Source: Emiliania huxleyi CCMP1516 (taxonomy: Eukaryota). Taken from it: a stretch of DNA of 64,000 nt. Both the position numbers and the translations under genes were made by a program. The first letter of the stretch is position 1, and the number at the start of each line of letters is the position of its first letter. Shown here piece after piece: positions 25,226 through 37,469 of this stretch. The stretch is from NCBI RefSeq assembly GCF_000372725.1, contig NW_005201338.1, positions 104,041-168,040 on the forward strand, in the 5' to 3' direction. Below the pieces are notes generated by a model. That model saw nothing but the letters and a program-made list of their open reading frames with translations. It was not told the DNA's origin and made no database searches.

Positions 25226-26263
25226 ATGAACCCCGGCGCGGGATACCGGCCCAAAGGGGTTGCGGCCCCTGTCGAGGGCGGCGGTCTCCTGACTGGGGGC
25301 GCCGCGGCTGGCGGGAGCGGGCGGAGCTTGACGACGATCGCCGTCGCTGTCCTCCTCGCCGTTGGGGGGCTCGGCGCCACATTTTGGCTGTGGCGCCGAT
25401 GGCAGCTGGAGAGGACGGTCACGGTAAAAGTCTACTTTGATGTGGCCATTGACGGCAAGTCGGCCGGCCGCATCACCATGGGCTTATTTGGCAATGCCGT
25501 TCCGTTGACGGCGGAGAATTTCAGGCAGCTCTGCACAGGCGCTTGGGCCGCCCTCCCTGCCCCACCGGCGGCACTGCACACGGGATGGTGCTTGGTGGGA
25601 TCAGGAGCTGGCTCCACGTCCGCGGTGCGAGTGCGGACCGCTTTGCGATAGGCGAGGCGGGAGGCTCGCTCACTTTCGAGGGCTCTCGATTCCACAGAGT
25701 CATTCCCGGGTTTATGATCCAGGGAGGAGACATCACAGCAGGCGAACGCTCCCAAGCGTTCGCACAGCATTCCGCACTCTCGTATACCCGCTCGAGTGGC
25801 ACTCTCAGGCGATGGCACTGGAGGCGAGTCCATATACGGAAAGACGTTCGCGGACGAGAGCTTTGCCATCAAGCACGGCGGGCCGGGCACGCTCTCGATG
25901 GCCAACGCGGGTGCCGACACCAACGGCGGGACCGCCCCAGCCTGGCACCGCCCGTGCCCGCAGCCGGCTCACGAAAGGTGCGCACGCTGTGCTGGCAGGC
26001 TCACAATTCTTCATCACGCTGGAAGCGACGCCCTGGCTCAACGGTCGGCATGTGGTCTTTGGCCAGGTGAAGCCAAGATGTTGTTGCATATTCGCTGGGC
26101 GGTCGAGATAGCACCAGTACCCGTTTCCTCCGCGCTTCAGGTACTCGACGGCATGGACGTGGTCAAGGCGATTGAGGCGGTCGGCTCAGATTCCGGAGAC
26201 ACCTCCAAGGAGGTGTCAATCGTGGCGTCCGGGGAGATCGCAGAAGCCCGTGCCCGTGTATGA
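25226..26263 (+). CDS. Cyclophilin-type peptidyl-prolyl isomerase with an N-terminal TM anchor
   Basis: Motifs [41 protein letters not shown] and [10 protein letters not shown]. Introns 25539-25651, 25742-25808 and 25926-25998 (all GC), and 26067-26140 (GT). Confidence 0.95.
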
Positions 26264-26696
26264 GGCCTGTTGCTGGAGAATCTCGAATTTATTTTTCGCA
26301 GAAGCCCGTGCCCGTGTATGAGGCTTGTTGCTGGAGAATCTCGAATTTATTTTTTGGCCAAGAATGGGCTAGGGCTGCAGAAGCAGCGTGTCTCAGTCGT
26401 TCTTCACACGGCCATCGCAGAGCAGATTCCCCCAGTAGCAGTACCCAGATTGTGAATGAGCTTGCCTGCGCCCTGCGCGGCGACGGTCGCGCGGGGCGAG
26501 CGGGGCATGGCGAGCGGCGAGGGCGGTCGAGTGCACGGAGCTAGAAGTGCCTCGCCGTCCTCGCAGGAGTCGCTTAGGCGGCTCCCGTGGTGTACCTGTG
26601 TTAGTGCCAGCGCGCGCCAGTCCTTGCGAAGAAAATTCGCCCGGCTTAAAATTCTTTTTTTGAGAGCGCCTTCGTTGTTAATAGTACAAACCCAAT

Positions 26697-26980
26697 GGTC
26701 CCTTGGCCTTGCGAGCGGTCCTTCGTTGCAGTCGCACACACGCACACGCCGCGCCGCACCGCGCGCCCGCCCACTGCCCCGCCCAGGCGGGAAAGAGATG
26801 AGGAGATGGGACAGCAAAGGAGGAGCCACGAACACGTATGGGAGGGTTCAGCGTTGTGCGCCACGCTGCCCGGCGTTTCTCACTTTCCGGGACAGCCCCG
26901 CCCTTTCGAGGCAGGAAAGTGACGGCTACCCCGTACGCCCTGTTGCTTCTACCCCGACGCCGACCGCCCATTCCCCCCTC
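26697..26980. repeat. Dispersed repeat family D, copy 1
   Basis: Colinear with 52769-53045. Near-identical core TCACTTTCCGGGACAG...GGCAGGAAAGTGACGGCTACCCCGTACGCCCTG. Confidence 0.88.
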
Positions 26981-27661
26981 CTCGTTCCCCCCTCGAATTC
27001 TCCCGGCCCCGACAAGCCGCCCGACGTTGGGCCTCTGCTCCGCACGCCCCCGCCCCTTCTGCCCCTCGCTCACACCCCGGCCCGACACGCACATACAAGA
27101 CAAACCCGGCGTCCTGCTCTCAAAAGAAAAGAAAAAATGGGAAGGAGGAGACCGGCGGGGGAGACTCCCCGCCTATGCAACACCCCAGAGATACAACGCT
27201 GTCTCAAGGTCCGACCTGTGGGCTCTGCCTACGCTCGGCACCGGGCACCGCCTCGGTACACAAAATGCGCCTGCGGGCGGACCCTTACAGATCACAGATC
27301 ACACCCCAGAGAGGGGCTGCCATCGCCGAAGCTGTGCCTAAGCATAGCTCCCAAACCCGCAGCGGCCCGGGGGGCCTTGGGGGCAGCCTGCCGGACCGCC
27401 GCTGCACGGGGCTAGGCACCAGAAGATGAGTGGAATTGATGAATTGGGTCGTTGTCCGTGCCTCCCCTCTATACGTCAGAGTGGGACTTACGCCGCGCCG
27501 GGTAAGGGGCGCGCCCGGTCCTCAAATTCTTTTTCCACCCGGGCCGGCCCCTGGGCCCCTGCGTGCCGCGCGCCTGGCGAGTAGAGGCCCCGCCCCACCC
27601 AGGGTACCCTCTCCGAGGACCCATTTGCGACTCGCCGGGGCTCTGCTCCAAGAGACCTTAA

Positions 27662-28055
27662 GGTGATTCACGGGTGTCCGCGGCCCACTGTGCCCGCTGG
27701 TAGGACAGTGACCGCCGCAAACCCTGTGATCAGCTCCATGCGATCTCGGATATTTTTTGTAGGCACCGTAACACCAAAAAACTACTATGTCTTGCAGTGA
27801 AAAGTAATCCGAGCAAACCCGCGGCCGCAATGAATTAAAAGGGGCGGTTTTCGAGGGGGGATCTGGAGAATCTGGGAATCTGCTCACCACGGACCCCCGC
27901 GTCATCGAAAAACTTTTCACTGCAAGACATAGTACTTTTTTAAGGTGCTCTACAAGCTAGGCACAAAAGATATGGCATTGCAGGCCATTTAGGGCCCCTT
28001 AGACGGTCACTGAGTAGGCCAAAATCCCCACTGGGCCGGGAGCAAGCGAGCAACC
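27662..28055. mobile_element. Foldback MITE flanked by TTAA with GG...CC termini (Kolobok-like)
   Basis: TTAA at 27658-27661 and 28056-28059. Long degenerate inverted arms with a near-perfect inner block TACTATGTCTTGCAGTGAAAAGT and a CAGTGACCG block. Confidence 0.7.
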
Positions 28056-28257
28056 TTAAACACAACAGGGTTTGTGTGTGTGTGTGTGTTATGGTATGGT
28101 ACTCTCGCGCAACCCACCTCGAGACCATACCCCCCCGCCTGCTGACAGACCCAGCCTCCCGGAGACCGGGGATGGGCGGTCAGGACCTTCCCCCCCACTG
28201 AGGGTACCATACCGGGAAAATGTTGGAACCCAGGCATCAGCATATCTGTAGAGCTCC

Positions 28258-29415
28258 ATGTGCATGACTGCGCTCCACCTCCTCCTGCTCTGCCCTGGCG
28301 CTCTATCGCACCCCACCCGCTACCCGCCCAAGCCGCCCGCTGGGGTGAAGGGCCTGTACTGGGACCGCACGTCGCTCAAGCAGCGAATCCACTACGAGGT
28401 GGCCGAGCCACCGAAAGGCCCGTCCAATTCGGCGCCGGTCCTGCTCTTAAATGGATTTGGCGTCGGCAGCTTCACATGGCATCGCAACATGGCCGCCCTC
28501 GCCGCCTCGACCGGCGCCAGCGTGTACGCCATGGACTATGTCGGCCAGGGCGCTTCATGGCCGGTCGACTGCGACGATGGCAATGCCGAGTCCGAGCAAG
28601 GGCTGCGATACGCCATCGACGACTGGAAGGCGCAGGCGGCTGAGTTCATCGATGCGATCGTGCTGCGCGGCGCCTCTCCAGACGCATGTGTTCATCTGGT
28701 CGGCAACTCTGCGGGAGGCTTGCTTGCCGCGCTCCTCGCCGCCGAGCCGGGCAGCCGCGTCGCGTCGCTCTGCCTGCTCAACGCGACGCCCGTCTGGGGA
28801 TCCAATCTGCCCGGCTGGGACGGCCGCCTGCCAGGGCCGGCTGTGCCGCGAGCGATTGGCCGATACCTGTACGACCGCATGCGCGACCGAGCCAACATCG
28901 CAGAGATGCTCGAGCAGGTGTACGCCGCGCCCGAGCAGGCGGAGCCTCTGATCGAGCAGATCCGCGCCGTGACCGACGCGAGCGAGGGCGGCCACGCCGC
29001 CTTCGCGTCCATCCTCTGGTCGCCGCCCGCCACGCTGCCCGGCGGCGCCGGCGGCTTCGAGGCGCTGCTGCAGCTCTGCGGGTGCGACGCGCTGCTGCTC
29101 TACGGCGCAGACGACCCGTGGTGCTCGCCTCCCTTCGGGCGGGCCGCCGCCCGCGCCCTGACGCGCCGCGCGTGCGCCGGCGAGAGGCGGACCGAGCTCG
29201 TCCTCCTCTCGCCCGCCGGCCACTGCCCCCACCACGAGGCGCCGGAGGCGGCCAACGCCATCCTCTCCAGGTGGGTCAAGGGGCAGCCGCCGCTCGCGAG
29301 TGCGGACGCCGCCACGGAGGCGTTTGGGCGCGTGAGCGCAGCGCGCGCACAGAGCGAGGGCGAGCTCGAGCCGCGGACGCCGTGGGAGGGGCTTCTGACT
29401 GGCATGCTGTCCTGA
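28258..29415 (+). CDS. Alpha/beta hydrolase, pheophytinase (PPH)-like, intronless
   Basis: Motifs GFGVGSF, AMDYVGQG, GNSAGG nucleophile elbow, LLNATPVWG, GADDPW and AGHCPHHEAPE. Confidence 0.85.
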   Translation: MCMTALHLLLLCPGALSHPTRYPPKPPAGVKGLYWDRTSLKQRIHYEVAEPPKGPSNSAPVLLLNGFGVGSFTWHRNMAALAASTGASVYAMDYVGQGASWPVDCDDGNAESEQGLRYAIDDWKAQAAEFIDAIVLRGASPDACVHLVGNSAGGLLAALLAAEPGSRVASLCLLNATPVWGSNLPGWDGRLPGPAVPRAIGRYLYDRMRDRANIAEMLEQVYAAPEQAEPLIEQIRAVTDASEGGHAAFASILWSPPATLPGGAGGFEALLQLCGCDALLLYGADDPWCSPPFGRAAARALTRRACAGERRTELVLLSPAGHCPHHEAPEAANAILSRWVKGQPPLASADAATEAFGRVSAARAQSEGELEPRTPWEGLLTGMLS

Positions 29416-29724
29416 GGCGTTCTCCGACTCTCGGGCATCCGCATGCTGCCACTGCGAGCGACCTCTCGTGCGAGTTGTGTGTCTGAGTGTCTCCGGCCGA
29501 CTCTCTGACTCTTCTGTGTGTGCATGCCGTGTACTACGTACCTCTCTCAAGATTGTATCGCATAGGCATGTACCTGTGCCTATGTCCAGTGTACACGGAA
29601 AAGAAGACGCGGTAGACGGATAAACGATATAATGTGTGTGGAGACGATTACCTTACCTTACCTTAATGTTAAACGATATAAATTATAATAAGTGTGTGTG
29701 ATAAGACATAAAAGAACACGTCTT

Positions 29725-30027
29725 TTACCCTCGCCACTTGGGTTGAGACAGAATCCGATGGAGTGCCGCCGTTGCATCCTCCTCGTCGTCGTCCTCCCCC
29801 TCGCTGCTTTCATCGGCGTCCTCTGGAGCAGCTGCGGTGGCCGGCTCCCAGTCGGAGGGAGGCTCCGCGCCCGCCTCCCCGATGAGGCACTCCAGCAGCC
29901 GATCCTGCGCTGCGACGGCTTTTGACAACTCTTCGCTCCGCCTGGACATGGTCTCTATCAGAGCGCTCCGGAGCGCGTCGAGCGTTGACGGCGAACAGCT
30001 GAGCAGCGATTCGTGCATGGTTGTCAT
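29725..30027 (-). CDS. Small acidic hypothetical protein
   Basis: 100-aa ATG-started ORF with plausible composition. No family recognised. Confidence 0.3.
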   Translation of the reverse strand: MTTMHESLLSCSPSTLDALRSALIETMSRRSEELSKAVAAQDRLLECLIGEAGAEPPSDWEPATAAAPEDADESSEGEDDDEEDATAALHRILSQPKWRG

Positions 30028-30269
30028 TGGCCCTCGATCGAAACGGGCAAGTTTAGAGAAATCTATGTTCTCGCGCGTCGTGGGGCGTTGGCTGCTGGTG
30101 TGTACTTGTTACGTGACAACCCAGGGGGTCCTGGACGCCAGCACACACGGCTAGATGTCATGGCGGGCCGCCTAGGCCCTGTGGTCGGAGGTAGAGTCGG
30201 TGCACGGTGTGGGAGAGATTTATACTTCTTTCTTGTCGGTGGTGCCAAAGAAGAAGAAAGGAAAGCGAC

Positions 30270-30407
30270 AACCCAAATGAGGGATGAGTGAGAGGAGGAC
30301 AGGTCCCCACCTGCACGAGCAAGCAGGAGCTCGTACTCGAGTAAGTACGTGGGACAGGGGAACGGGAGTGGAGAGCGCATCGCGACACGGGAGCTCGGAG
30401 GGGGGCT
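30270..30407 (-). repeat. Dispersed repeat family B, diverged copy
   Basis: GGTCCCCACCTGCACGAGCA and GGGGAACGGGAG...GAGCGCATCGCGACACGG shared with 43609-43850. Confidence 0.75.
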
Positions 30408-31391
30408 GTTAAAGAAAGAAAACAGGCAGGTCAAGGGGAGGGAAGGTAGACTTCCACCCAATCGGGTGTGGGAAATGCTTCTGTTTTCTTCCCACATATA
30501 CCTACACCCACAGGAGTGCATTGTGGCCATTGCCGAATTGCCGTTCTTAAACGGAGTCGCTTATTAGGCGGCTCCGGTGGTGTGCCGGTGTGTGTGCCAG
30601 TTTGTCGCTATGTAAGATTCTTCCCACTCCTCCCCGCTGTACACACTGTAGTCGGCGTCCGGCCCCGTGAACCTTCACCGTCTGCTGTGAGTGCGCACCG
30701 CCTGTGTTGTTTTGACCGCGCAAGATAAAAGGGTGGCTAAGGGCTCTGCACGCAAGGCGCCCGCGTCGCAGACGCGGTACCATTGACAAATCTGGGATAT
30801 ACCCCCACACGAGCAAATAGCAAAATCCGAATACCGTGCAGGAATCCGACGATGTGGGACGCAAGCCTTCAGCTGGTGCCAGACATCGCTTCGTTTTACG
30901 AACCAGAACGTCCGCCAAATCCGTGCTCTTTCGGCGCAACTTGAGGGGAAGCCGCTGATCGAGCCCAGCGTGCCCGCGGCCGCCTCCCGCGCAGCAGCGC
31001 CTCTGGGGACGACACGCTGCGGAATCGGATCGAGCCCATGGAGGAGGAGGACGCAGTCGGCGAATTGGAGGAGGAGAGGAGGAGGGCGCAGTCGACGAAT
31101 GGGAGGAGGAGGGCGCAGTTGACATTGTCGTGTCTGACTCAGAGGAGGAGTTGGGGGTGCTCCGGCAACCTAACCTGATCCAGAAGCTCGCCGACGTTGT
31201 CACTCAACGTGCGTCATGCGTGCTCGAGCTTGAGGGAGGAGCTCAGCTAACGCTTCGGCCAGCCCCCCAGCGCCGCCGCCCACCGCCACCCACAAAGCAC
31301 CTGCTCTACTATCCCGTACCTGGCTGGCTGACGCTCACCCCCCCCGCTCCACTTTCCCCTGATCATGCCCGTGATAGCACCATCACTGTCG

Positions 31392-31785
31392 CCGTCCTGG
31401 TTTTGAACGTGGCAGCTAGACTCTAGGGACTCGGTAGTCGTGACCGCCCCCTAGGAGAGAGAGAGCTTTGTGGTGTTGGTGTACGCAATAACGGGACAGG
31501 GTGGTTGTTCTCTCCATCTCCCCTTCTAGCTCTTAGCATGAGCTGCGCCCTGTGTCCGACCCCTTTTGCGCAGCAACACCTTAAACTTTCAGGCCCTCCA
31601 AATTCGGGTCGGAGCGTAGCGGAGTGGGCCCCGAGTTTGAAAAGGGCGACGGACGCTTGCGTCCTAGCCTCCAACAACGCCTCCCCGGCGCAGAGGGGCC
31701 CCCGGAGGGATGCACAACCGCTCCACACCACGCCGCTTGCGGCGGTCCTCTTCCCAGCTTCCGCTGAGGGCCCACACGTTATTTC
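31392..31785. repeat. Dispersed repeat family C, copy 1 (about 400 bp)
   Basis: High colinear identity to 49777-50186. Ends 40 bp upstream of the sulfite reductase ATG. Confidence 0.93.
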
Positions 31786-31825
31786 CACGAGGTGAGGACT
31801 GCTGCCGACGCGACACGATCGCCAC

Positions 31826-34257
31826 ATGAGATCTCTGCTGCTCTGCGCTGCTGGGGCGGCGGCCTATCACCTCGGGGCCTGGCCTGGACACGCCGCTCGC
31901 GCGCCCGCCGCTCGCTTGGCGGCGGAGCCTCAGGCGCCGGCCGACTTTGGCCTCGCGCCCGGACAAAAGTTCGGGCCCACGGCGCCCGCGCACCCTGCAG
32001 ACAAGCCGTGGACCAACCTCGAGACGCAGGAGGGAGTGCAGCTCGTCAAGGCCGCCAGCAACGACCTGCGCCAGCCGCTGCTCGCCGACATGGGTGCACA
32101 CAGCCCAGCTGCAGCCGCCGCCCAGCCGAGCGCCCCGACCGCCCCGCGCCCTCTGGCAGGCAACGACGAGATCTCGGTGTCAAAGGACTCGATCCACATC
32201 CTCAAGCACCACGGCTCGTACATGCAGCAGAACCGCGACCTCAAGAAGAAGGCCGACCGCGACAAGTCGTACCAGTTCATGCTGCGGCTCAAGGTGCCGT
32301 GCGGAGAGGTGCCCGGCGAGCTCTACCGGGAGCTCGACGAGCTGTCCAACAAGTACGGGCAGGGCGACCTGCGCGCCACGACGCGGCAGGCCTTCCAGCT
32401 CCACGGCGTCCTCAAGGGCAACCTCAAGACCGTCATCGCCACCATCGCCAACGTGGGCTCCAACACGTACGGCGGATGCGGAGACATCAACCGGAACGTC
32501 ATGGTGCCGGCGGTCTGCTTCCCGAACAACCCGGCGTACGTGGCGGCGCAGACGTACGCGAAGGCGATCGCCGACCTCTTCCGGCCGATGACCGAGGCCT
32601 TCAACGAGATCTGGCTCGATGGCGAAAAGGCGCCTCGCAGCCGAGATGGTGAGGGAGGCAGCCGCAGGCGCGCCGAGGCTGTCACCTGTCCTCCCTCCCC
32701 CCTCTCGCCTTCTCGCCGCGCAGGCTGCGAGCGTCGAGTACTGGCAGAAGGACATCGCGCACTTTGACCTCGACAAGGTGCGCAACTACGACAACGGCAA
32801 CGGCATCATCACCGGCCACCCGGTCGAGCCGATCTACGGCCGCACCTACCTGCCGAAAAAGTTCAAGATGGCCGTGACGGTGCCTGGCGACAACTCGGTC
32901 GACCTGTACATCAACGACGTGGGCGCGGTGGTCATCATGGAGCCGGACGGCAAGACGGTCAAGGGCTTCAACATCGTCGTCGGCGGAGGCATGGGACGCA
33001 CGCATCGCAAGGAGGAGACCTTCGCTCGCGCGGCCGACCACCTCGGCTTCGTCAAGGAGGCGGACTTCTTCGAGTGCCTCAAGGCGAGGGAGGGAGGGAG
33101 GGGGGAGGGGGGACTCACTGACCGACCCGCCTTCTCGAGCGCCTCCAGGCGATCATCGCGGTGCAGCGCGACCACGGCAACCGCGAGGTGCCCTCGGGAT
33201 ACCCTCAAAGCGCCTCGTCCGCCCGCGTCTTCGCAGCCTCCTTCCCCTCTGCTCACAGGTGCGCTCGTCGGCGCGGCTGAAGTACCTCGTCCACACGCTC
33301 GGCGTGGACGGCTTCCGCGCCCTCGTCGAGAAGTACCTCGGCCAGAAGATGGAGCCGTGGGTGCCCCTCCCCGAGTGGAAGTACCTCGACTGGATGGGCT
33401 GGCACGAGCAGGGCGACGGCAAGCTCATGCTCGGGATCAACGTCGAGCAGGGCCGCGTGGCGGACTCGCCCGGCCTGCGCGTCAAGTCGTGCCTGCGCGC
33501 GCTCGTCGACAACTACGGCGTCGACCTCCTCCTCACGCCCTCGCAGTCGATCGTCCTGCGCAACATCCAGCCCGCCCAAAAGTACGACGTCGAGGCGGTG
33601 CTGCGCGAGCACGGGATCAAGCTCATCGACGAGGTGGACGCGATCACGCGCAAGTCGATCGCCTGCCCCGCCTTCCCGCTCTGCGGCCTCGCCATGACCG
33701 AGGCCGAGCGCGTGCAGCCGCAGATCAACGCGCGCCTCCTCGCCGTCCTCCGCATGATGGGCATGGGCAGCGACGACTTTGTCACGCGCACCACCGGCTG
33801 CCCGAACGGCTGCGCGCGGCCCTACATGGCCGAGATCGCCTTCGTCGGCTCGGGGCCCAACGCGTACCAGCTCTGGCTCGGCGGCTCCCCCAACCAGGCC
33901 GAGCGCACCGCCGTCGCGACCTCGATCTTCAAGATGAAGTTCGAGGACCTCGAGGCGACCGTCGAGCCAATCTTCGCGATGTGGCGCTCGCAGCGAAACA
34001 GCCCGACCGAGGCGCTCGGAGACTTTTGCCACCGCGTCGGCGTGCCCGTGGTCGAGGAGTTCATGGCCGCGTACGAGCCCGGCGCGTGGAAGGGCATGGC
34101 GCCCGCCTTCCCGCCGCCGCCCGCCGTCGAGACGCCGACAGCGACGGTCGGCGTCGCGAGCGACCTGCTGGTAAAGATCGAGGAGGAGGCGAGCGCGCGC
34201 GGCCTCGACGCGCCTTCGCTGCTCGACATGATTGTGCGCGAGGCACTCGAGGGCTAG
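31826..34257 (+). CDS. SIR: Ferredoxin-dependent sulfite reductase with an N-terminal signal (probably plastid-targeted)
   Basis: Motifs LKHHGSYMQ, FMLRLKVP, TTRQAFQLHG, YLPKKFK, ACPAFPLCGLA and TGCPNGCARPY (siroheme/4Fe-4S ligands). Introns 32094-32159, 32630-32723 (GC), 33084-33148 (GC) and 33188-33258. Confidence 0.95.
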
Positions 34258-35241
34258 GGCGACCAGACCGTCGCCGCCTCGAGAGGGGGGGCCCACTCCA
34301 GAGTGGCCCACCCGCCTCGGCGCGTGCTCGTATGAGCTGCGCGCTTTGGCGGCAGCCTGGTCCCAGTTAGCGACAACTGGCGGGTGCTAGGCACCCGCAC
34401 AGTGCGCTCTCAGATTTGCCAGCTGACCTCTCGGTCGTGGCGGCGACCACCCACCTCCGATGCTAGTGCCGAACTACACAAGCCTCCGTGTTTAGGACTG
34501 AGGACTCTCACACATGATTCGACGTGTCTCGCTCGTTTATTGGGGGGGCAGGGGGGGGGGGGGGTACTGTACATATCGCCGGGGATAGATTTAAGGTTTA
34601 CAGTGGGGCAACTCCACAACGCCGCGGAGCTCCACCTCGGCCAGCCCAAAAGCCCCCGCGGGGGCGGCGAAGGCCGCCACACGTCCAATAAGAGATCCAC
34701 ACGCACTCCACCACCAGTGGACCAGATCTCGCGCGCGCGCACTTCGCAGCGAGATCATCGCTCCGCGTACTGTGCCGCGAGGGGCGAGACGCCGGGGGCC
34801 CCGTGGCAGCGGCAGCGCGGCCGGCCAAGGTAACGTAGCTGCAGGGAATTTTTTTCCGCGGCAAACTCGTATCGTATCACTTTACACTCTTCACACATCC
34901 ACCGTCTTTTTTTTTACAGAGTTTTGTGCCGGCCCGCGTCCGTCATCGTCCGCGCCAGAATTTTCTTTTATTCGCTTCTCTACTTTTACGCCACGCCGGC
35001 GCCCTTGTGCCTCACCGCCGCGTCCGGCGCCGGCATCGATGTTGTCCGCCCGAGCGTGACTCGCAACTCCACGAACGACCCTCCACGAGACCAGACCTCT
35101 CCACACGGCCAAAAGCAAAACGGCTCTCCCCACCAAAGTCGAGTCCTCGGTCTTTGTACATACATACATGACCGGATCCTGCTGAACAAGCTCCTCTTGT
35201 AGCTCGATCGGTCACACCGCCATCAACCGCCGACGTCTCCC

Positions 35242-37300
35242 CTCTGGGGGGAGGCGGGGGCCCCCGGAGGCACCGCGCGCCGCACCGCAGTGCGGAAACG
35301 GGGGGCCCGCCTCGCGCAAAAAAAATCAAGCTGACTTGGCTCACGGGACCCACAAAAAAAATTAGATATTCTTACCTTCTTGCCCCCCTCCGAGACTGGA
35401 GACAGTCACACCCCAGTATCAGACCAGGGGGAGTGCCCCCCGCCCCCGCTTGCCCTGCCTGCGCAGGATAGCGTGCCCCAATCGGCGACACATAGCGGGG
35501 GACACTGCGCAAGGAGGGTGCGACGGCTTTCTTTGTCCTCTCGAGGGAATGTTCTCTCGGCGCCCATGGCCTTCTGAGGTTTCGTACTGATGACGTCCTT
35601 CTTGGCACTTCGGGCGTCGGTGTGTGTGATCCCTCGGTAATGTGCTACGGGTATGGGCCGCCGGTTCGACGCTACCGGTCCACGAACATCTACTCTGCTG
35701 AGGTCGGTCGGTGGCACCTCGGATGGTCGAGTGGCCTCCGGTTCGAAATCGGCGAGTTGACCCTTATATTTTTTCACACCTGAGCGGGCTCAATTTTGCT
35801 CTGATGCCTCCTACGTATTCGAACAAGTTCTCGGGCAGGCGCCCGGTGCGTTGGTCGTTTTTCGTCACGGGAGGGCCCGCCTCGCGCAAAACGGGCCCGG
35901 CAAACCCTCCTGCCCGGGCCCGGCTGTGAGTGAGCGGGCCGGTCGATGTGCCGCAGACGGGCCCGGGCAGGACGGTTTGCTGGGCCGGTTTTCTCCTCGC
36001 CGGGCCCGCGCGCCTCGCTCCTCGGCCTGCTGATTTGGGCGCTTCGGCCTGGGAGTGGCAAGCCGGGCCCGGCAAAGCGCGCGGGCCGGGCCCGGCACAG
36101 GGGCAAGCCGGGCCCGGCAGGGCGCGCGGGCCGGGCCCGGCACGGGCCCGAGCCGGGCCCGGCAGGGGCCCGAGCCGGGCCCGGCAGGGGCCCGAGCCGG
36201 ACCCGGCCTGGCCCGGTGCCCCACTTTGCAAATCGACCCGTTTCCCATCCAATATCTCCCACTCGGCCGCGGAGGCCCCAAGGCCCCAACTGAGAGCGGG
36301 GCCCGGGGGAGGGGGTCCCTGCTGGTCGTTCCCACCCTTCGCACGACCCCGGGCGATAGCGGGGGACCCCGCAGCAGCAAACCCGCCCCACTTACATCCG
36401 GCGGCTTCCTACGGATCATGTACATCGCTTGTCATCGCTTTTTGCCACTGGTTGTGACCCCTCCCCCGGCTCCGCTAGTCTCCGCTAGCACCGACTTCCC
36501 GATCTAACCCGGTCTAACAGAGGGCAGATTTGGAGAGATCTCGAGGAGTACATACAGATAGACCCTCCAATCATCAGAAAACTCCGACCTGATCGGTCGT
36601 ACTGACCGCCGACAGATCACTCCAGACAGCAGACAGGCCGACGTCTGCACGCGGCCGGCCGGGCGAGAGGCTTGACACGATCCGACCCTGCGACCCTGAC
36701 GCTGCTGCTCTAGCTATCAGACATGCACTACTGACTGCTGCCACAATATGCGACCGGTGCTGGCCCACTTGGCGGCCTTCCCGGTCAGTGGTGAGGCGCA
36801 GTTCAGAGCTGTCGATGGCGCGATGCCGCACTGGTCCCACATTGGTGACACGAGACCACCACGTTTGCCGGTCCAAGAGAGAGGCACCGGCGCTGTCGTA
36901 AGAAGGTGCATGGTCCCTCTTGACTGCCCATGCGCGCGAGGCTGTGTAGGCATAGCCTCGAGAGTGCCAGCAGCCAATCCGAGGCAGCTTGTGACGCGCA
37001 TTGCGTCAGAAGAGTGCACGCGCTGGAAGGACACCTTCCTACTGGCCGTACAATCACCTGCATAGCTCGCGACCTTAGCATCCAGCATTCAGTGACGACC
37101 TGATTGTGCAGCAGGGCACGGTCAGCAGCGCCGACAGGCTGTCGCAAGGCGTGATAGCATGGTCGCAATACGCGAAATTCTCATGAAAACAAGTAGAAAA
37201 TCGCGCTCAAAAGAAAAATCGCGTAAAAAATTGTGCGGGCCATGGGACCCCATTTCCCCCCCGCATGGGTACCCCCTAGGGGCCCCGCTTCCCCCCAGAG
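35242..37300. mobile_element. 2.06-kb non-autonomous DNA transposon with ~22-bp TIRs and 8-bp TSD CGTCTCCC
   Basis: Left CTCTGGGGGGAGGCGGGGGCCCC; right reverse-complemented CTCTGGGGGGAAGCGGGGCCCC. TSD at 35234-35241 and 37301-37308. Internal GGGCCCGG arrays and an inverted repeat at 35888-35992. Confidence 0.85.
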
Positions 37301-37469
37301 CGTCTCCCAGTGAGATGATGGAGAGGGAGGGAGGGGGGACGACACCGCTCGATCTACCCTCCGGGGTCAGCGGCGTGCACCTCGATCCTGCACCGTGTTT
37401 GTTATGACCCCCTCCAATGAGCACACCAGCGAGGGAGGGCGAAACGAGGGGTCCCGTACCATGTGGGAC

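Noticed and set aside
30547..31380. Possible transposase remnant
   Set aside because: Broken frames with no diagnostic motif.
31392..31785. Group I intron, hammerhead or HDV ribozyme in repeats A, C or D
   Set aside because: Only fragmentary resemblance (GACTA...TAGAGTC on the minus strand of C). No CUGANGA/GAAA core or nested HDV pseudoknot could be assembled.
34538..37420. Larger outer TIR pair enclosing the 2-kb element
   Set aside because: Only patchy inverted similarity in G-runs and no TSD.
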